A stretch of 63,992 nt of DNA, the filler included, from an uncultured Methanosarcinales archaeon (GTDB lineage: Archaea > Nanobdellota > Nanobdellia > Woesearchaeales > CAYSVS01): assembly GCA_964434475.1 (NCBI GenBank). It is 5 parts of 5 records of this genome, joined end to end, with 100 filler letters (N's around TTAATTAATTAA, not from the genome) between each part and the next. Parts side by side here need not be neighbours in the genome. Positions count along the whole stretch, not along the records: positions 27,402 to 40,825 come from CAYSVS010000032.1; positions 40,926 to 54,324 come from CAYSVS010000033.1; 3 more parts are not named here. The stretch is one strand, 5' to 3'. Positions 38,478 through 48,045 of the stretch are shown in pieces (the stretch's first letter is position 1; the number at the start of each line of letters is the position of its first letter). The position numbers were made by a program, and so were the translations under genes. The notes below the pieces were generated by a model. That model had not been told where the DNA came from. It saw nothing but the letters and a program-made list of their open reading frames with translations, and searched no databases.

Positions 38478-39512
38478 ATGAGATATCTTAATCCTATAGC
38501 GACTATTGCATTTATTTTAGCTATTTATAGTGCAGGCAATCAAAAAATGGTTTATACTCCAAAAACATCAGAAAAGCCAGCTTTGGTCAAGAAAATTGAT
38601 GATTTGAGTTTTGAATTGCCTAATCTTGAGAAAAAGATAAAAAAAGAAGATATCAGGGATATATTCAAACCTTCTGGAAGGTTTAATGTATATTCTGCAG
38701 TTTATACTGATAAATTAGTAGACAAGTTAAAACAAGGGAAGCTTGATGAAGATGACAAAAAGCTTTTGAACCCTAATGCCTATATTATGTATTTCTGGAA
38801 TGAAAGATCAAAACATAAGGATAAAGGAGATGCTACCCATCTGGGATTGTTTTATCTTGACAAGGACAAGAACATGAGACTTCTGCATTCAGAGTATTCT
38901 TCAAACAGAAGGGATGTTCAAAGGTTTGATTATATAGAAAATATAGACGGAGAATATAAGGTAGTGAGAAAAACATTGGACAAGAAAGGCAATGTTATTG
39001 GTTCAAGGATAATGCAGAAGTATAATCTTACAGGAATAGTAAAAGAAAATATGTACTTTACACAATTCATGAACTTTATAACAAAAACAAGAAAAATGGA
39101 AGAGACAGGCAAAGTGCCTCAATGGAGAAAAAAGGGATGGAGCAGAGACTGCGGAAGATTTGTAAGAAGACATTCTGTATATTTTGACAGTAACTTATCT
39201 TCTGTTTTAGATGAATTTTCTCTTGATGCTAAAAGAGATACTAATTGGATGAAATGGGGTGAAGTATGGCAGCAATATAATAAATACTCCAATACAGATA
39301 AGATGATATTTTCATCAAACGATAATTTTAAAGGTAAACTGGATAATATATTAGAATATATTGTTGAGAATTTTGAAAGAAATGTTAAAAGGTTTATGCT
39401 ATGCTCGGTAGGAGAACAATTATTCGAAAAATATAATTGGGAAAACGATTATGAGGTTGTAGAAAAACCCAAATTAGAAAATGATATATCTATTTCCGTA
39501 GCCGAGAGATAA
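38478..39512 (+). CDS. Secreted/membrane-anchored protein with putative circularly permuted NlpC/P60 motifs
   Basis: N-terminal hydrophobic segment; THLGLFY...LLHS followed later by RDCGRFVR. Confidence 0.6.
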   Translation: MRYLNPIATIAFILAIYSAGNQKMVYTPKTSEKPALVKKIDDLSFELPNLEKKIKKEDIRDIFKPSGRFNVYSAVYTDKLVDKLKQGKLDEDDKKLLNPNAYIMYFWNERSKHKDKGDATHLGLFYLDKDKNMRLLHSEYSSNRRDVQRFDYIENIDGEYKVVRKTLDKKGNVIGSRIMQKYNLTGIVKENMYFTQFMNFITKTRKMEETGKVPQWRKKGWSRDCGRFVRRHSVYFDSNLSSVLDEFSLDAKRDTNWMKWGEVWQQYNKYSNTDKMIFSSNDNFKGKLDNILEYIVENFERNVKRFMLCSVGEQLFEKYNWENDYEVVEKPKLENDISISVAER

Positions 39513-39568
39513 GTATATTAATATACAGAAACGTAAACTTTATATATCTGCTGGTTTATTTATATTTT

Positions 39569-39733
39569 ATGAACAAAAATGAGTTAAAAAGGGTTTTGCA
39601 GCATAGGATGTCAAAATTCAACCATATTCTAAAAAAGCATCCCGAAGATCTTGAGGACGCCCAAAGACATCAGTTTGTTGGAGCTATGAATGAGATTTCT
39701 GTAATATTAAGAGCATTAGAATGTGAAGAGTGA
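39569..39733 (+). CDS. Small hypothetical protein (54 aa; not in the ORF track)
   Basis: MNKNELKRVLQHRMSKFNHILKKHPEDLEDAQRHQFVGAMNEISVILRALECEE; TATA TTTATATA ~30 nt upstream (leaderless). Confidence 0.7.
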   Translation: MNKNELKRVLQHRMSKFNHILKKHPEDLEDAQRHQFVGAMNEISVILRALECEE

Positions 39734-39932
39734 GATTTAATATTTATTTATTCTTGATATTTATCTTAAGACTCGTTCGTTCACCTGAAACCTAATATAA
39801 ATAAATATAAATATTATTACTCAGCTGACAGTTTTGTTTTACGAATAGAATATAAACTCACTGACCAATTGGCGTCTTAGACATAATCATTCTTGATAAG
39901 TTTTATATAAGAACTGTTTTTACGCGATTCAG

Positions 39933-40517
39933 ATGGAGATAAATAAAATTATGGCAGGAACAGGTATCTTCTTGACATTAGCAAGTTATGCTGCTGCAGA
40001 TAGCATATCTTCAAGGATAGATGTTGTTGATTCAATATCTGAAATAGAACAGAAACTGGAAAATAAATCTTTCAAGGATTATATAGACAACTATATGTGT
40101 GACGAAATAGATAATTATGTAAAGAAAGAATTGAACTTTTTGAATAAATACTATGGCCTGATGCATAAAGGCATTGTAATGGATGTTAGCAAACAGCAAA
40201 AATATTTTGTAGATATGATAAGAAACGAATTAGTGTCATATAAAGAAGGACCGCGTACATATATTGATATAGAGGGTGAAAAGCCATATGTTTCGAGTGA
40301 ATATGTTGCTGTGATAAAAGAGAAAGTAAAACTGAAGATGGACTATTTTGTAAGATTTATGTATAGCGCAACAAAATATCGCCCTATAAAAAGGCATAAT
40401 ATGTTAAACTTAGCAAAACAATTGCTGTTAAATAACAATAATCTTAATTATGTCAATAAAAACATAGAACAATTCTTTAATGTTAAGATTGCTTACTGCA
40501 GGGAAAAGGATAAATGA
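39933..40517 (+). CDS. Hypothetical secreted protein
   Basis: Signal-peptide-like N-terminus; TATA-like box upstream. Confidence 0.7.
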   Translation: MEINKIMAGTGIFLTLASYAAADSISSRIDVVDSISEIEQKLENKSFKDYIDNYMCDEIDNYVKKELNFLNKYYGLMHKGIVMDVSKQQKYFVDMIRNELVSYKEGPRTYIDIEGEKPYVSSEYVAVIKEKVKLKMDYFVRFMYSATKYRPIKRHNMLNLAKQLLLNNNNLNYVNKNIEQFFNVKIAYCREKDK

Positions 40518-40770
40518 GGATAAACAAACCATTTCTTTTTTAATCGTTGAACAGTAAAAAATGATCAAAAAGATATCTGCAAAATATTGTGTGAATTAGC
40601 AAAGGAAAGATTTGGCATAATTACGCGTTTTATCAATGAGTTAGGTGTACAATTATACACTCTTAAAAATAGTTCTTCAAGAAAAATTACTAGAAATAAG
40701 ATTGTAAACTATTTTGGTTTTACAACTGAATAAGTAGATGATATTTTTAGTAAATAAATTTTGAATTTAT

Positions 40771-40825
40771 GGGTTCATCCGGAAAAGAATAAATATGTAT
40801 ACTGAATACTAAATTGCGAGGTGTT
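40771..40825. mobile_element. IS terminal sequence at a contig end (TIR GGGTTCATCCGGAA)
   Basis: Exact reverse complement of 40926-40979; first 14 bp shared with 54270-54283. Confidence 0.65.
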
Positions 40826-40925
40826 NNNNNNNNNNNNNNNNNNNNNNNNNNNNNNNNNNNNNNNNNNNNTTAATTAATTAANNNNNNNNNNNNNNNNNNN
40901 NNNNNNNNNNNNNNNNNNNNNNNNN

Positions 40926-40979
40926 ACACCTCGCAATTTAGTATTCAGTATACATATTTATTCTTTTCCGGATGAACCC
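40926..40979. mobile_element. Same IS end in opposite orientation at the start of the next contig
   Basis: 54-bp inverted identity with 40771-40824; flanked by TAA. Confidence 0.65.
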
Positions 40980-41027
40980 TAATAATCAAAAACTATATAA
41001 ATAGGATATACACTACATAATATAATA

Positions 41028-44000
41028 ATGACATTGATCAAAAGAATGGTGATGAGAGGATTTAAGTCTTTTGCTAAGCGAACAGAGTTTGTTTTTGGTA
41101 AGGATTTCAACTGTATTCTAGGGCCTAATGGAAGCGGTAAAAGTAATGTTATCGATGCTTTATGTTTTGTATTGGGAAGAGGAAGTGCTAAATCATTAAG
41201 AGCAGAAAAATCTGCAAATCTTATCTATAACGGCGGAAAATCAAAGAAACCTGCAAAAGATGGAGAAGTTAGCATAATCTTTGAGAATAAGAACGAAATC
41301 TTTCCTATAGATACTGACGAATTGAAGGTTACGAGGATAATTAGGAAATCAGGTCAAAGTGTATATAGGATAAATGATAAGACATGTACAAGACAAAATA
41401 TCCTTGATATGCTTGGAAGAGCAAAGATAGATCCAGATGGATTTAATATAGTGCTTCAGGGAGATATTATCAGATTTGTAGAGATGTCAGGGAACGAAAG
41501 AAGACAGGTTCTGGAAGAGGTATCAGGTATAGGTGTATATGAAGAAAAGAAACAGAAGGCTTTAAGAGAACTGGAAAAAGTTGAAAACAGGTTAAATGAA
41601 GCTGAAATAATCCTTAAAGAAAGAGAAACTTATCTCAAAGAATTGAAGAAAGAAAGGGATCAGGCATTGAGGTTCAAGGAGTTAAAGGATAGGTTGAGTA
41701 TAAACAAGGCAACTTTATTGGATTATCAGATATCTGCTAAAAGACAGGAAAAAGAAAAGATAGATTCTGAAGTGGATGGTTATAAAGAGAATTTTGAAAA
41801 ATATGAGAAAGATATATCTGAGCTAAAAGATAATATTGAACAGTTAAGAAAAGATGCAGAGAGTATAACAAAAGAGATAGAAGAGAAAGGGGAAAAAGAA
41901 CAGGTTAGGATACATAAGGAAGTCGAGAAGTTAAAGATAGATCTTGCGACCAACAATACAAGGATAGACAACTTGAACAATGAGATAGAAAGGGTAAAGC
42001 AAAGAAAGCTTGAACTTAAGGCTGAGATGGGTGCTTTCAAGGAAAGGAATCAGGATCTTGAGAAAGAAAAAGCCCGTCTTGAAAAACTTAGGCAGCAAAG
42101 GAACAAAGAACTGAAGATTGTTGAAGAGGAGCTTGACAAGTTCAGGAAAAAGAACAAGATGGATGATGCAGGAGATATTGATAAAGAGATAGATGAGATA
42201 GATGTATTAACAGAGGATAAACAGAAAAATATAAATGAATTAAGAGAGAAGCAGCAACAGTTGTTTAGGGAAAAAGATAAAATAGAATATCAACTCCAGT
42301 CTATGGATGAGCGTATAGCGAAAGTTAAGGAAATTGCAAAAGAACACGATGCTGAGATAAAGAATCTTAAGAACAGGAAAGATATGTTCAAAAAAGCTAC
42401 GCTTGAGCTTAATAAATGTCTTACAGAGGATTCTGGTATAGCTGCGAGGCTAGGAGATGCAAGAAAAAGACTTACTTCTGTCCAAGAACAGCATTCCAAA
42501 CTTAATGTAAGGAATGCAAGTATCAAAGAGTTTGCTTCTGCAGATATAGCAATAAAGAAGATACTGGAGTTAAATAAACCTGGAATATATGGGACAGTAT
42601 CTGAATTAGGCAAAGTAAGTAAAAAATATAGTTTAGCTCTTGAGATTGCAGCAGGCAATAAGATAAAACACATAGTTGTCAAAGATGATAAGATTGCAGC
42701 AGAATGTATAAGGTATCTTAAGAAAAATAAATTGGGTGTTGTTACATTTATTCCTTTAAATAAGATAAGACCTGCGATAAAAAGACCTGAGATAGAGAAA
42801 CTTAATAAAAGCAATGGAGTGCACGGGATGGCTTTGGATTTGATAAAGTTTGATTCTAAGTTTAAAAATGTCTTTTCATATGTTTTTGGAAACATACTTG
42901 TTGTTGAAAATATAGATACTTCAAGAAGAATAGGTATAGGAAAAGCCAAGATGGTAACTTTAGAAGGAGATCTGGCAGATATTTCTGGAAGTATGAGGGG
43001 TGGTTTTAGGAGAAAATCTAAAGGATTAGGTTTTGCTGAAGAAGAAGTGGCTAAGGAACTAGAACAGACAGAAAAAGAACTTGCAGATCTTAACAATCTT
43101 ATATCTACATATGGTAAGAAAAGAGCAGATAATGAAGAAAAGATAGTTATGTTAAGAAAGAATAAAGCTGAACTTGAAGGAGATATAATAAAGACTGAAA
43201 AATCTCTTCATCTTGACTCTGGTGATTTGGATGCCACTAAAATAGAGAAAAAAGAACTGAATGATAATTTAGACAGTATAGAAAAATTATTAAGAGAAGT
43301 ACAGACAAATATTTCTAGTGTGAACAGAGAACTTGCGCAGGATAAGATGAAAAAACAAAGCCTGAGAGCGAAGATCAGCCAGTTAAGGAGTCCAAGATTG
43401 GTTGCGCAGATGAATGCTTATGAGGATAAAAAATCAAAACTCAAAGAAGATATTATTCATATTGATGCTGATCTAAGGAATATCGTAAATCAGTTGGAAG
43501 TGAGCAATCCTGAGAGCGATAAGATATTGAATATAATTAAACAACATGATAAGGAATTGGAAAACTTTAATTCTGAGATACAACAGTTGAATGAGAAGAT
43601 TAAACATGATACAAAAGTTCTTAAAGAAAAAGAGAAGCAAAGCCAGGAATTCTATGCAAAATATAAGAAACTGTTCAGTAAAAGAAGCAAGATAACTGAG
43701 GATATAAACAAAGGCAGCAATAAGATGGAATCTTTAAGGGAAAATAGTAGAAAAGTGGAAATCAAGATGAACACTATGTCTTTGGAAAATGCAAGATTGA
43801 ATGCAGAACTTTCTGGATTAGAGCATGAATTTAAACAGTATGAAGGGATAGAGCTAGATACAAACAAATCAGAATCACAGCTTAAGGCAGAGGTTGCAAA
43901 ATTCGAGAGGATGGCAAGTGATATGGGTGCTGTGAATATGAAAGCCTTGGAGATTTATGATAAAGTAGAGAAAGAATATCATGGTTTATTGTCTAAAAGA

Positions 44001-44513
44001 GAGAGCTTAGTAGGAGAGAAAGGCGATGTATTGATTATGATCGATGAGATTGAAGTGAAGAAGAAAGATAGATTTATGAAAACATTTGATACCATTAACG
44101 AGAATTTTAAGGCAATATTTAAGAATATATCTACTAAAGGTGAAGCATTCCTTAAGCTAGAGAATCTTGAAAATCCTTTTGATGATGGTGTTAGGGTCCT
44201 AGTAAGATTATCGGGAACAAAATTCATGGATATACGTTCCTTATCTGGCGGAGAAAAGACAATGACTGCTTTAGCTTTTATATTTGCTATACAGGAGCAT
44301 GAGCCGCACAGTTTCTATGTAATGGATGAAGTAGATGCTGCTTTGGATAAGCATAATTCTGAGAAATTAGCTAAATTGATAAGACAGTATGTGGATCATG
44401 CCCAGTATGTTGTTATCAGCCATAATGATGCGATGATATCAGAAGCTGATAATCTTTATGGAGTAAGCATGAATGATCATGGTATGACTGCTGTGACTAG
44501 TTTGAAGTTGTAG
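41028..44513 (+). CDS. smc: Chromosome segregation protein SMC
   Basis: GFKSF, GPNGSGKSN, QGDI, coiled coils, hinge, LSGGEK, DEVDAALD. Confidence 0.98.
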   Translation: MTLIKRMVMRGFKSFAKRTEFVFGKDFNCILGPNGSGKSNVIDALCFVLGRGSAKSLRAEKSANLIYNGGKSKKPAKDGEVSIIFENKNEIFPIDTDELKVTRIIRKSGQSVYRINDKTCTRQNILDMLGRAKIDPDGFNIVLQGDIIRFVEMSGNERRQVLEEVSGIGVYEEKKQKALRELEKVENRLNEAEIILKERETYLKELKKERDQALRFKELKDRLSINKATLLDYQISAKRQEKEKIDSEVDGYKENFEKYEKDISELKDNIEQLRKDAESITKEIEEKGEKEQVRIHKEVEKLKIDLATNNTRIDNLNNEIERVKQRKLELKAEMGAFKERNQDLEKEKARLEKLRQQRNKELKIVEEELDKFRKKNKMDDAGDIDKEIDEIDVLTEDKQKNINELREKQQQLFREKDKIEYQLQSMDERIAKVKEIAKEHDAEIKNLKNRKDMFKKATLELNKCLTEDSGIAARLGDARKRLTSVQEQHSKLNVRNASIKEFASADIAIKKILELNKPGIYGTVSELGKVSKKYSLALEIAAGNKIKHIVVKDDKIAAECIRYLKKNKLGVVTFIPLNKIRPAIKRPEIEKLNKSNGVHGMALDLIKFDSKFKNVFSYVFGNILVVENIDTSRRIGIGKAKMVTLEGDLADISGSMRGGFRRKSKGLGFAEEEVAKELEQTEKELADLNNLISTYGKKRADNEEKIVMLRKNKAELEGDIIKTEKSLHLDSGDLDATKIEKKELNDNLDSIEKLLREVQTNISSVNRELAQDKMKKQSLRAKISQLRSPRLVAQMNAYEDKKSKLKEDIIHIDADLRNIVNQLEVSNPESDKILNIIKQHDKELENFNSEIQQLNEKIKHDTKVLKEKEKQSQEFYAKYKKLFSKRSKITEDINKGSNKMESLRENSRKVEIKMNTMSLENARLNAELSGLEHEFKQYEGIELDTNKSESQLKAEVAKFERMASDMGAVNMKALEIYDKVEKEYHGLLSKRESLVGEKGDVLIMIDEIEVKKKDRFMKTFDTINENFKAIFKNISTKGEAFLKLENLENPFDDGVRVLVRLSGTKFMDIRSLSGGEKTMTALAFIFAIQEHEPHSFYVMDEVDAALDKHNSEKLAKLIRQYVDHAQYVVISHNDAMISEADNLYGVSMNDHGMTAVTSLKL

Positions 44514-44515
44514 AA

Positions 44516-45643
44516 TTAAAAACTACTTAACACTTTTTTAATATCTTCTATCGTTTTTTGCCATGAGAATCGTTCAATAACGCTTTTTCTTGCGTTATGA
44601 CTTATGGTGTCTCTTAAGTCGTCGTCATCAAGAAGTTTTTGAAGTTTCTTGTACAAGGCAAAGCTGTTTCTTGCAGGAAAAAAGAATCCATTTTCATTAT
44701 TGTCTATGTATTCAGATGTCCTTCCCACTTTTGTTGAAACTACATTGCATCCGCATGACATTGCTTCGATGGTTGTCAATGATGTTGTTTCTGTTAATGA
44801 AGGCAATACATAGATGTCCATAGCCTGCATATATGGTATTACATTATCTTTTGCTCCTGTTACTATAACATCTTTTCTTTTTTTGAACATATTCATAAGC
44901 TCTTTAACTCCATCTCCCACAATAAGCAATACGACATCGTCTCTTTTTCTTTGTAGTTGTGTAAATGCTCTGTATAATGTGGGCAGGTCTTTCTCTCTTG
45001 CAATCCTTCCGACGAATCCAATCACTTTTTTATCTGATTCTATTCCTAATGCTTGCTTAGCATCTGGTTTAAAATTAGGGGGTGTGAACTTGTTTATGTT
45101 TGTTCCTAATTTAACGATTGTTATCGGCGCATTAATCTTATTATTCTTGAACTTTCTTGCCACATCTATAGTCGGCATCATTAACATATCGCATTTATTG
45201 TAGATATATCTTGCAATTATTTTTGAGATAAACCCAATTATTCCTTTGGTCAGTTTGTTATTCGCTATACTGTTAGGCACAAGCTCCCATTCTATTGAGT
45301 GGATATAGCCAACACAAGATTTATTATATTTGTCTGCATAATATGCTGCCAATGCTCCTATAGGACCTATAGTCTGTATCCAGACTATGTCTGCTTGTTT
45401 AATATATTTTCTTATCTTTTTGAAAGGCGGTTTAGCGGGGCAAAAATCACCTAGTTCAAAATTGAAAGTTGGAAACCTTACAACAGTGGCATGATTGAAT
45501 CCGTGTAATGATTTATCAAACATAGGAGCAAGTATGGTTATCTCATATTCATGTACTAATTTAGGTACGACTTCATTTAAGAATCTGGCAATGCCATCCC
45601 ATCTTGGCAAAAAATTGTCTGTGGCGATAACTAGCTGTTTCAT
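44516..45643 (-). CDS. Glycosyltransferase family 4
   Basis: DNFLPRWDG, FVGRIAREK, VLPSLTET....IEAMSCG. Confidence 0.93.
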   Translation of the reverse strand: MKQLVIATDNFLPRWDGIARFLNEVVPKLVHEYEITILAPMFDKSLHGFNHATVVRFPTFNFELGDFCPAKPPFKKIRKYIKQADIVWIQTIGPIGALAAYYADKYNKSCVGYIHSIEWELVPNSIANNKLTKGIIGFISKIIARYIYNKCDMLMMPTIDVARKFKNNKINAPITIVKLGTNINKFTPPNFKPDAKQALGIESDKKVIGFVGRIAREKDLPTLYRAFTQLQRKRDDVVLLIVGDGVKELMNMFKKRKDVIVTGAKDNVIPYMQAMDIYVLPSLTETTSLTTIEAMSCGCNVVSTKVGRTSEYIDNNENGFFFPARNSFALYKKLQKLLDDDDLRDTISHNARKSVIERFSWQKTIEDIKKVLSSF

Positions 45644-46284
45644 CTTATCTTATAAAACCTCTCTGCAAACCTGACACCAAGATTCAATCCGTGACGTATG
45701 GCTTTTACATATACGCTCCATTTCAGCATCAACATAGCCATCCATTGGCTTTCAAAACAGTTTAATGCTTTGAGTTTTGTTGAAAAAGTATCACTTATAT
45801 CTACATACATTTTCGGCATGTCCCTTTTTTTTAATCTTAAGAGGTTCCACACGTCAAATATATACACATCTCCTTTGAATTTCATCTTATCGACAATCTC
45901 TATTGTTGTTTTTGATACTATTTTGTGATCAGGATGATTGTCTTCATCAGAATGCGTGAATATCTTATCTGGTTTGAAATCTTTTATTATCTTTATTATT
46001 TTTGAAATTATATGTTTTTGTTCTATCTCTTTTTTGAATCTTCCTTCTGTTAATGCTAAGAAAGTCACGCCTTTGCCGCCTATTATTTTGTCAGCTTCCT
46101 GCGCCTCTTTGACCCTTTTCATTATAATTATTTCTTTTTTTAGATGGGGGTGTGATTTTTCACCATAAGAGAATATTATCGTTTTTACTTCTTTCCCCTG
46201 TTTTGAGTATTTAACTATCGTACCTCCAGGCCCTAATATCTGATCATCTGAATGTGCACACATAACTAATATTCTTTCAGTCAT
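45640..46284 (-). CDS. PIG-L-family deacetylase
   Basis: AHSDD, HPDH, VDIS, FESQ, AERF. Confidence 0.92.
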   Translation of the reverse strand: MTERILVMCAHSDDQILGPGGTIVKYSKQGKEVKTIIFSYGEKSHPHLKKEIIIMKRVKEAQEADKIIGGKGVTFLALTEGRFKKEIEQKHIISKIIKIIKDFKPDKIFTHSDEDNHPDHKIVSKTTIEIVDKMKFKGDVYIFDVWNLLRLKKRDMPKMYVDISDTFSTKLKALNCFESQWMAMLMLKWSVYVKAIRHGLNLGVRFAERFYKIR

Positions 46285-46324
46285 CTATAGACTAGAACGA
46301 GGTTTGTTTTAAAAAGGTTACTGT

Positions 46325-46699
46325 TTAAAATAGTTTCTTTATATTGGTGTTTTCCATGATATGGCATATGAGTTCGTCTCTATTGCTAAACATATGTTTG
46401 TAATAGTCTCCAGCGCCGTGCTTTTCGCAGTCTTGTTGAGTGTATTCTTTGCAGATATTTGGTCTAGTGCTGTATACTTTGCATAATCCTTTGTTATCTA
46501 ATGCTTTGCATTTTGTCTGGAATTCTATAATCCAGTCATTATCATAATCTATGTATACTTTGATATTTTCGTGAAGCAAATACCACATAATATGATGAAA
46601 ATCTTCTTTAGATTTAGGCTTGTCTATCTGGATTGCTATATGCTCACAGCATTTTGTGCAGCCTTTGCATAGTTTTTTGTTAAGTTCGTCGCTGTTCAT
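46325..46699 (-). CDS. YkgJ-family CxxCxxCC metal-cluster protein
   Basis: CKGCTKCC, CKAL, CKVYSTRPNICKEY. Confidence 0.9.
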   Translation of the reverse strand: MNSDELNKKLCKGCTKCCEHIAIQIDKPKSKEDFHHIMWYLLHENIKVYIDYDNDWIIEFQTKCKALDNKGLCKVYSTRPNICKEYTQQDCEKHGAGDYYKHMFSNRDELICHIMENTNIKKLF

Positions 46700-46705
46700 T
46701 TTTAG

Positions 46706-47425
46706 TTAAGGTTTTTGTTTTAATTTATATATCTTTTCGATTATGTTTTTCATGGAGCTGTGTAAGAATTTGTTTTCTTTTGCGTTGTTATTAAGTATTT
46801 TTTTGATCATCTCTCTTTTTGAATCTTGTTTTTTTAGAAAACATTTTTGTTTAACTATAGGGTACTTCTTTTCTTTTGCAAGCTTTTGGATATCAGACTC
46901 TCTTACATTTATCAAAGGCCTGATGATTATGTTGTTTTTGTCATCTGAAATGTATCTTGGTTTCAATGCTTCTAGTTTTGATGAGTACATTATATTGAGT
47001 AATAATGTTTGCATAGAATCATCCAGATTATGGCCTAAAGCTATCTTGTTGCATTCTAACTTATTTGCTAGTTTGTATATTATGCCTCTTCTTAATCTAG
47101 AGCATAAAAAACAGCAATTCCTTGGACTTTTCTTTTTTACAATATCTGCAATAATTGTTTTTTTTATGTGATAGTTTATTTTGTTTCTATTAAAATAATC
47201 TTCTACTTTCCTGTAGTTCATCTCCTTAAATCCTTGATCAATGATTACTGCCAGGATTGAGAATTTAATTGGTGCTTTTTTTTGTAGAGTTTGGAGAACT
47301 TCTAATAACGCATAACTGTCTTTTCCTCCTGAGAATGCAATTAAGATATTATCTCCTTCTTTAATCATCCTGTGTTTGTGTATCGCTTCTCCAGCATTAT
47401 GTAAAATTCTTGATATTATTGCCAT
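46706..47425 (-). CDS. ttcA: tRNA 2-thiolation PP-loop ATPase (TtcA-like)
   Basis: SGGKDS, CFLCSRLRRG, IALGHNLDD, IIRPL. Confidence 0.85.
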   Translation of the reverse strand: MAIISRILHNAGEAIHKHRMIKEGDNILIAFSGGKDSYALLEVLQTLQKKAPIKFSILAVIIDQGFKEMNYRKVEDYFNRNKINYHIKKTIIADIVKKKSPRNCCFLCSRLRRGIIYKLANKLECNKIALGHNLDDSMQTLLLNIMYSSKLEALKPRYISDDKNNIIIRPLINVRESDIQKLAKEKKYPIVKQKCFLKKQDSKREMIKKILNNNAKENKFLHSSMKNIIEKIYKLKQKP

Positions 47426-47437
47426 TTTATTATTTTA

Positions 47438-47513
47438 AGATGTGGCCTTGGTTACTCTCCCATTCTCCTTGTTTTTCCGAAGAAAAGCTCAAAGGGGTTT
47501 AAGACCAAGGCCT
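47438..47513 (-). ncRNA. Candidate H/ACA pseudouridylation guide RNA
   Basis: 9-bp basal stem GGCCUUGGU/ACCAAGGCC followed directly by ACA; 6+6 pocket; ACA 15 nt from the upper stem; cUUCGg apical loop; TATA-like TTTAAA ~25 nt upstream. Confidence 0.6.
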
Positions 47514-47877
47514 GAGATAAATTAATCAAGAGTATTTAAAAAATTACCTCTTATGTTACACTGTTTTTGAAGTGTCTCTTTACTTTTGCAGGCGAAATTC
47601 ATTATTTTTTCTTTAAAACCTTGTTTTTGAAAAACTTAAAATATCATGAAAACTTAATTTTTTTTGTTGATATAAAATGAGTGATGAAATTAAAATTATA
47701 GATCAAAAGGTGGAGGATTTTAAAGTAAGATTTAATGATTTATCATCTTTTGAAGCTGATGATTCTCTTCTGCTTAATCCTGAATATCAATAGGGAAACG
47801 AGATAAAGATGAACATAAGATATTATACTTTAGATGCGGATAATATCTGATTGTTTTTAAAATTCTTAAGAAATATA

Positions 47878-48003
47878 TGCGCCGACGGGGACTTTCATGG
47901 ATGAAAAATGATTCAAACCAGTTTGAACCCCGATAAGCGGCTCACTTCTCCATAACAAGTATGAATTGGAAGGCCGCTGTCATAGCCATTAGACCATCGG
48001 CGC
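47878..48003 (-). tRNA. tRNA-Gly(TCC) with two introns: 37/38 (47943-47966) and 59/60 (47892-47921)
   Basis: Acceptor GCGCCGA/TCGGCGC; BHB motifs CTTC/GAAG and TTCA/TGAA with 3-nt bulges; 72-nt mature tRNA. Confidence 0.93.
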
Positions 48004-48045
48004 TTAGATAGAAAGGATTTAATTTTTCTTTATAAATTTATTGGT

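Noticed and set aside
40771..40979. A single 209-bp MITE or hairpin spanning the gap
   Set aside because: The interior is an artificial linker, so the two arms are separate contig ends and their adjacency is unproven
42290..43096. Long antisense ORFs (also 36155-36634, 19119-19616, 34185-34679)
   Set aside because: Shadow frames opposite well-supported genes, with no recognisable motifs
47677..47850. Short ORF with an in-frame TAG (possible recoding)
   Set aside because: Other genes here (for example smc) use TAG as a normal stop and no family is recognisable; probably a decayed fragment
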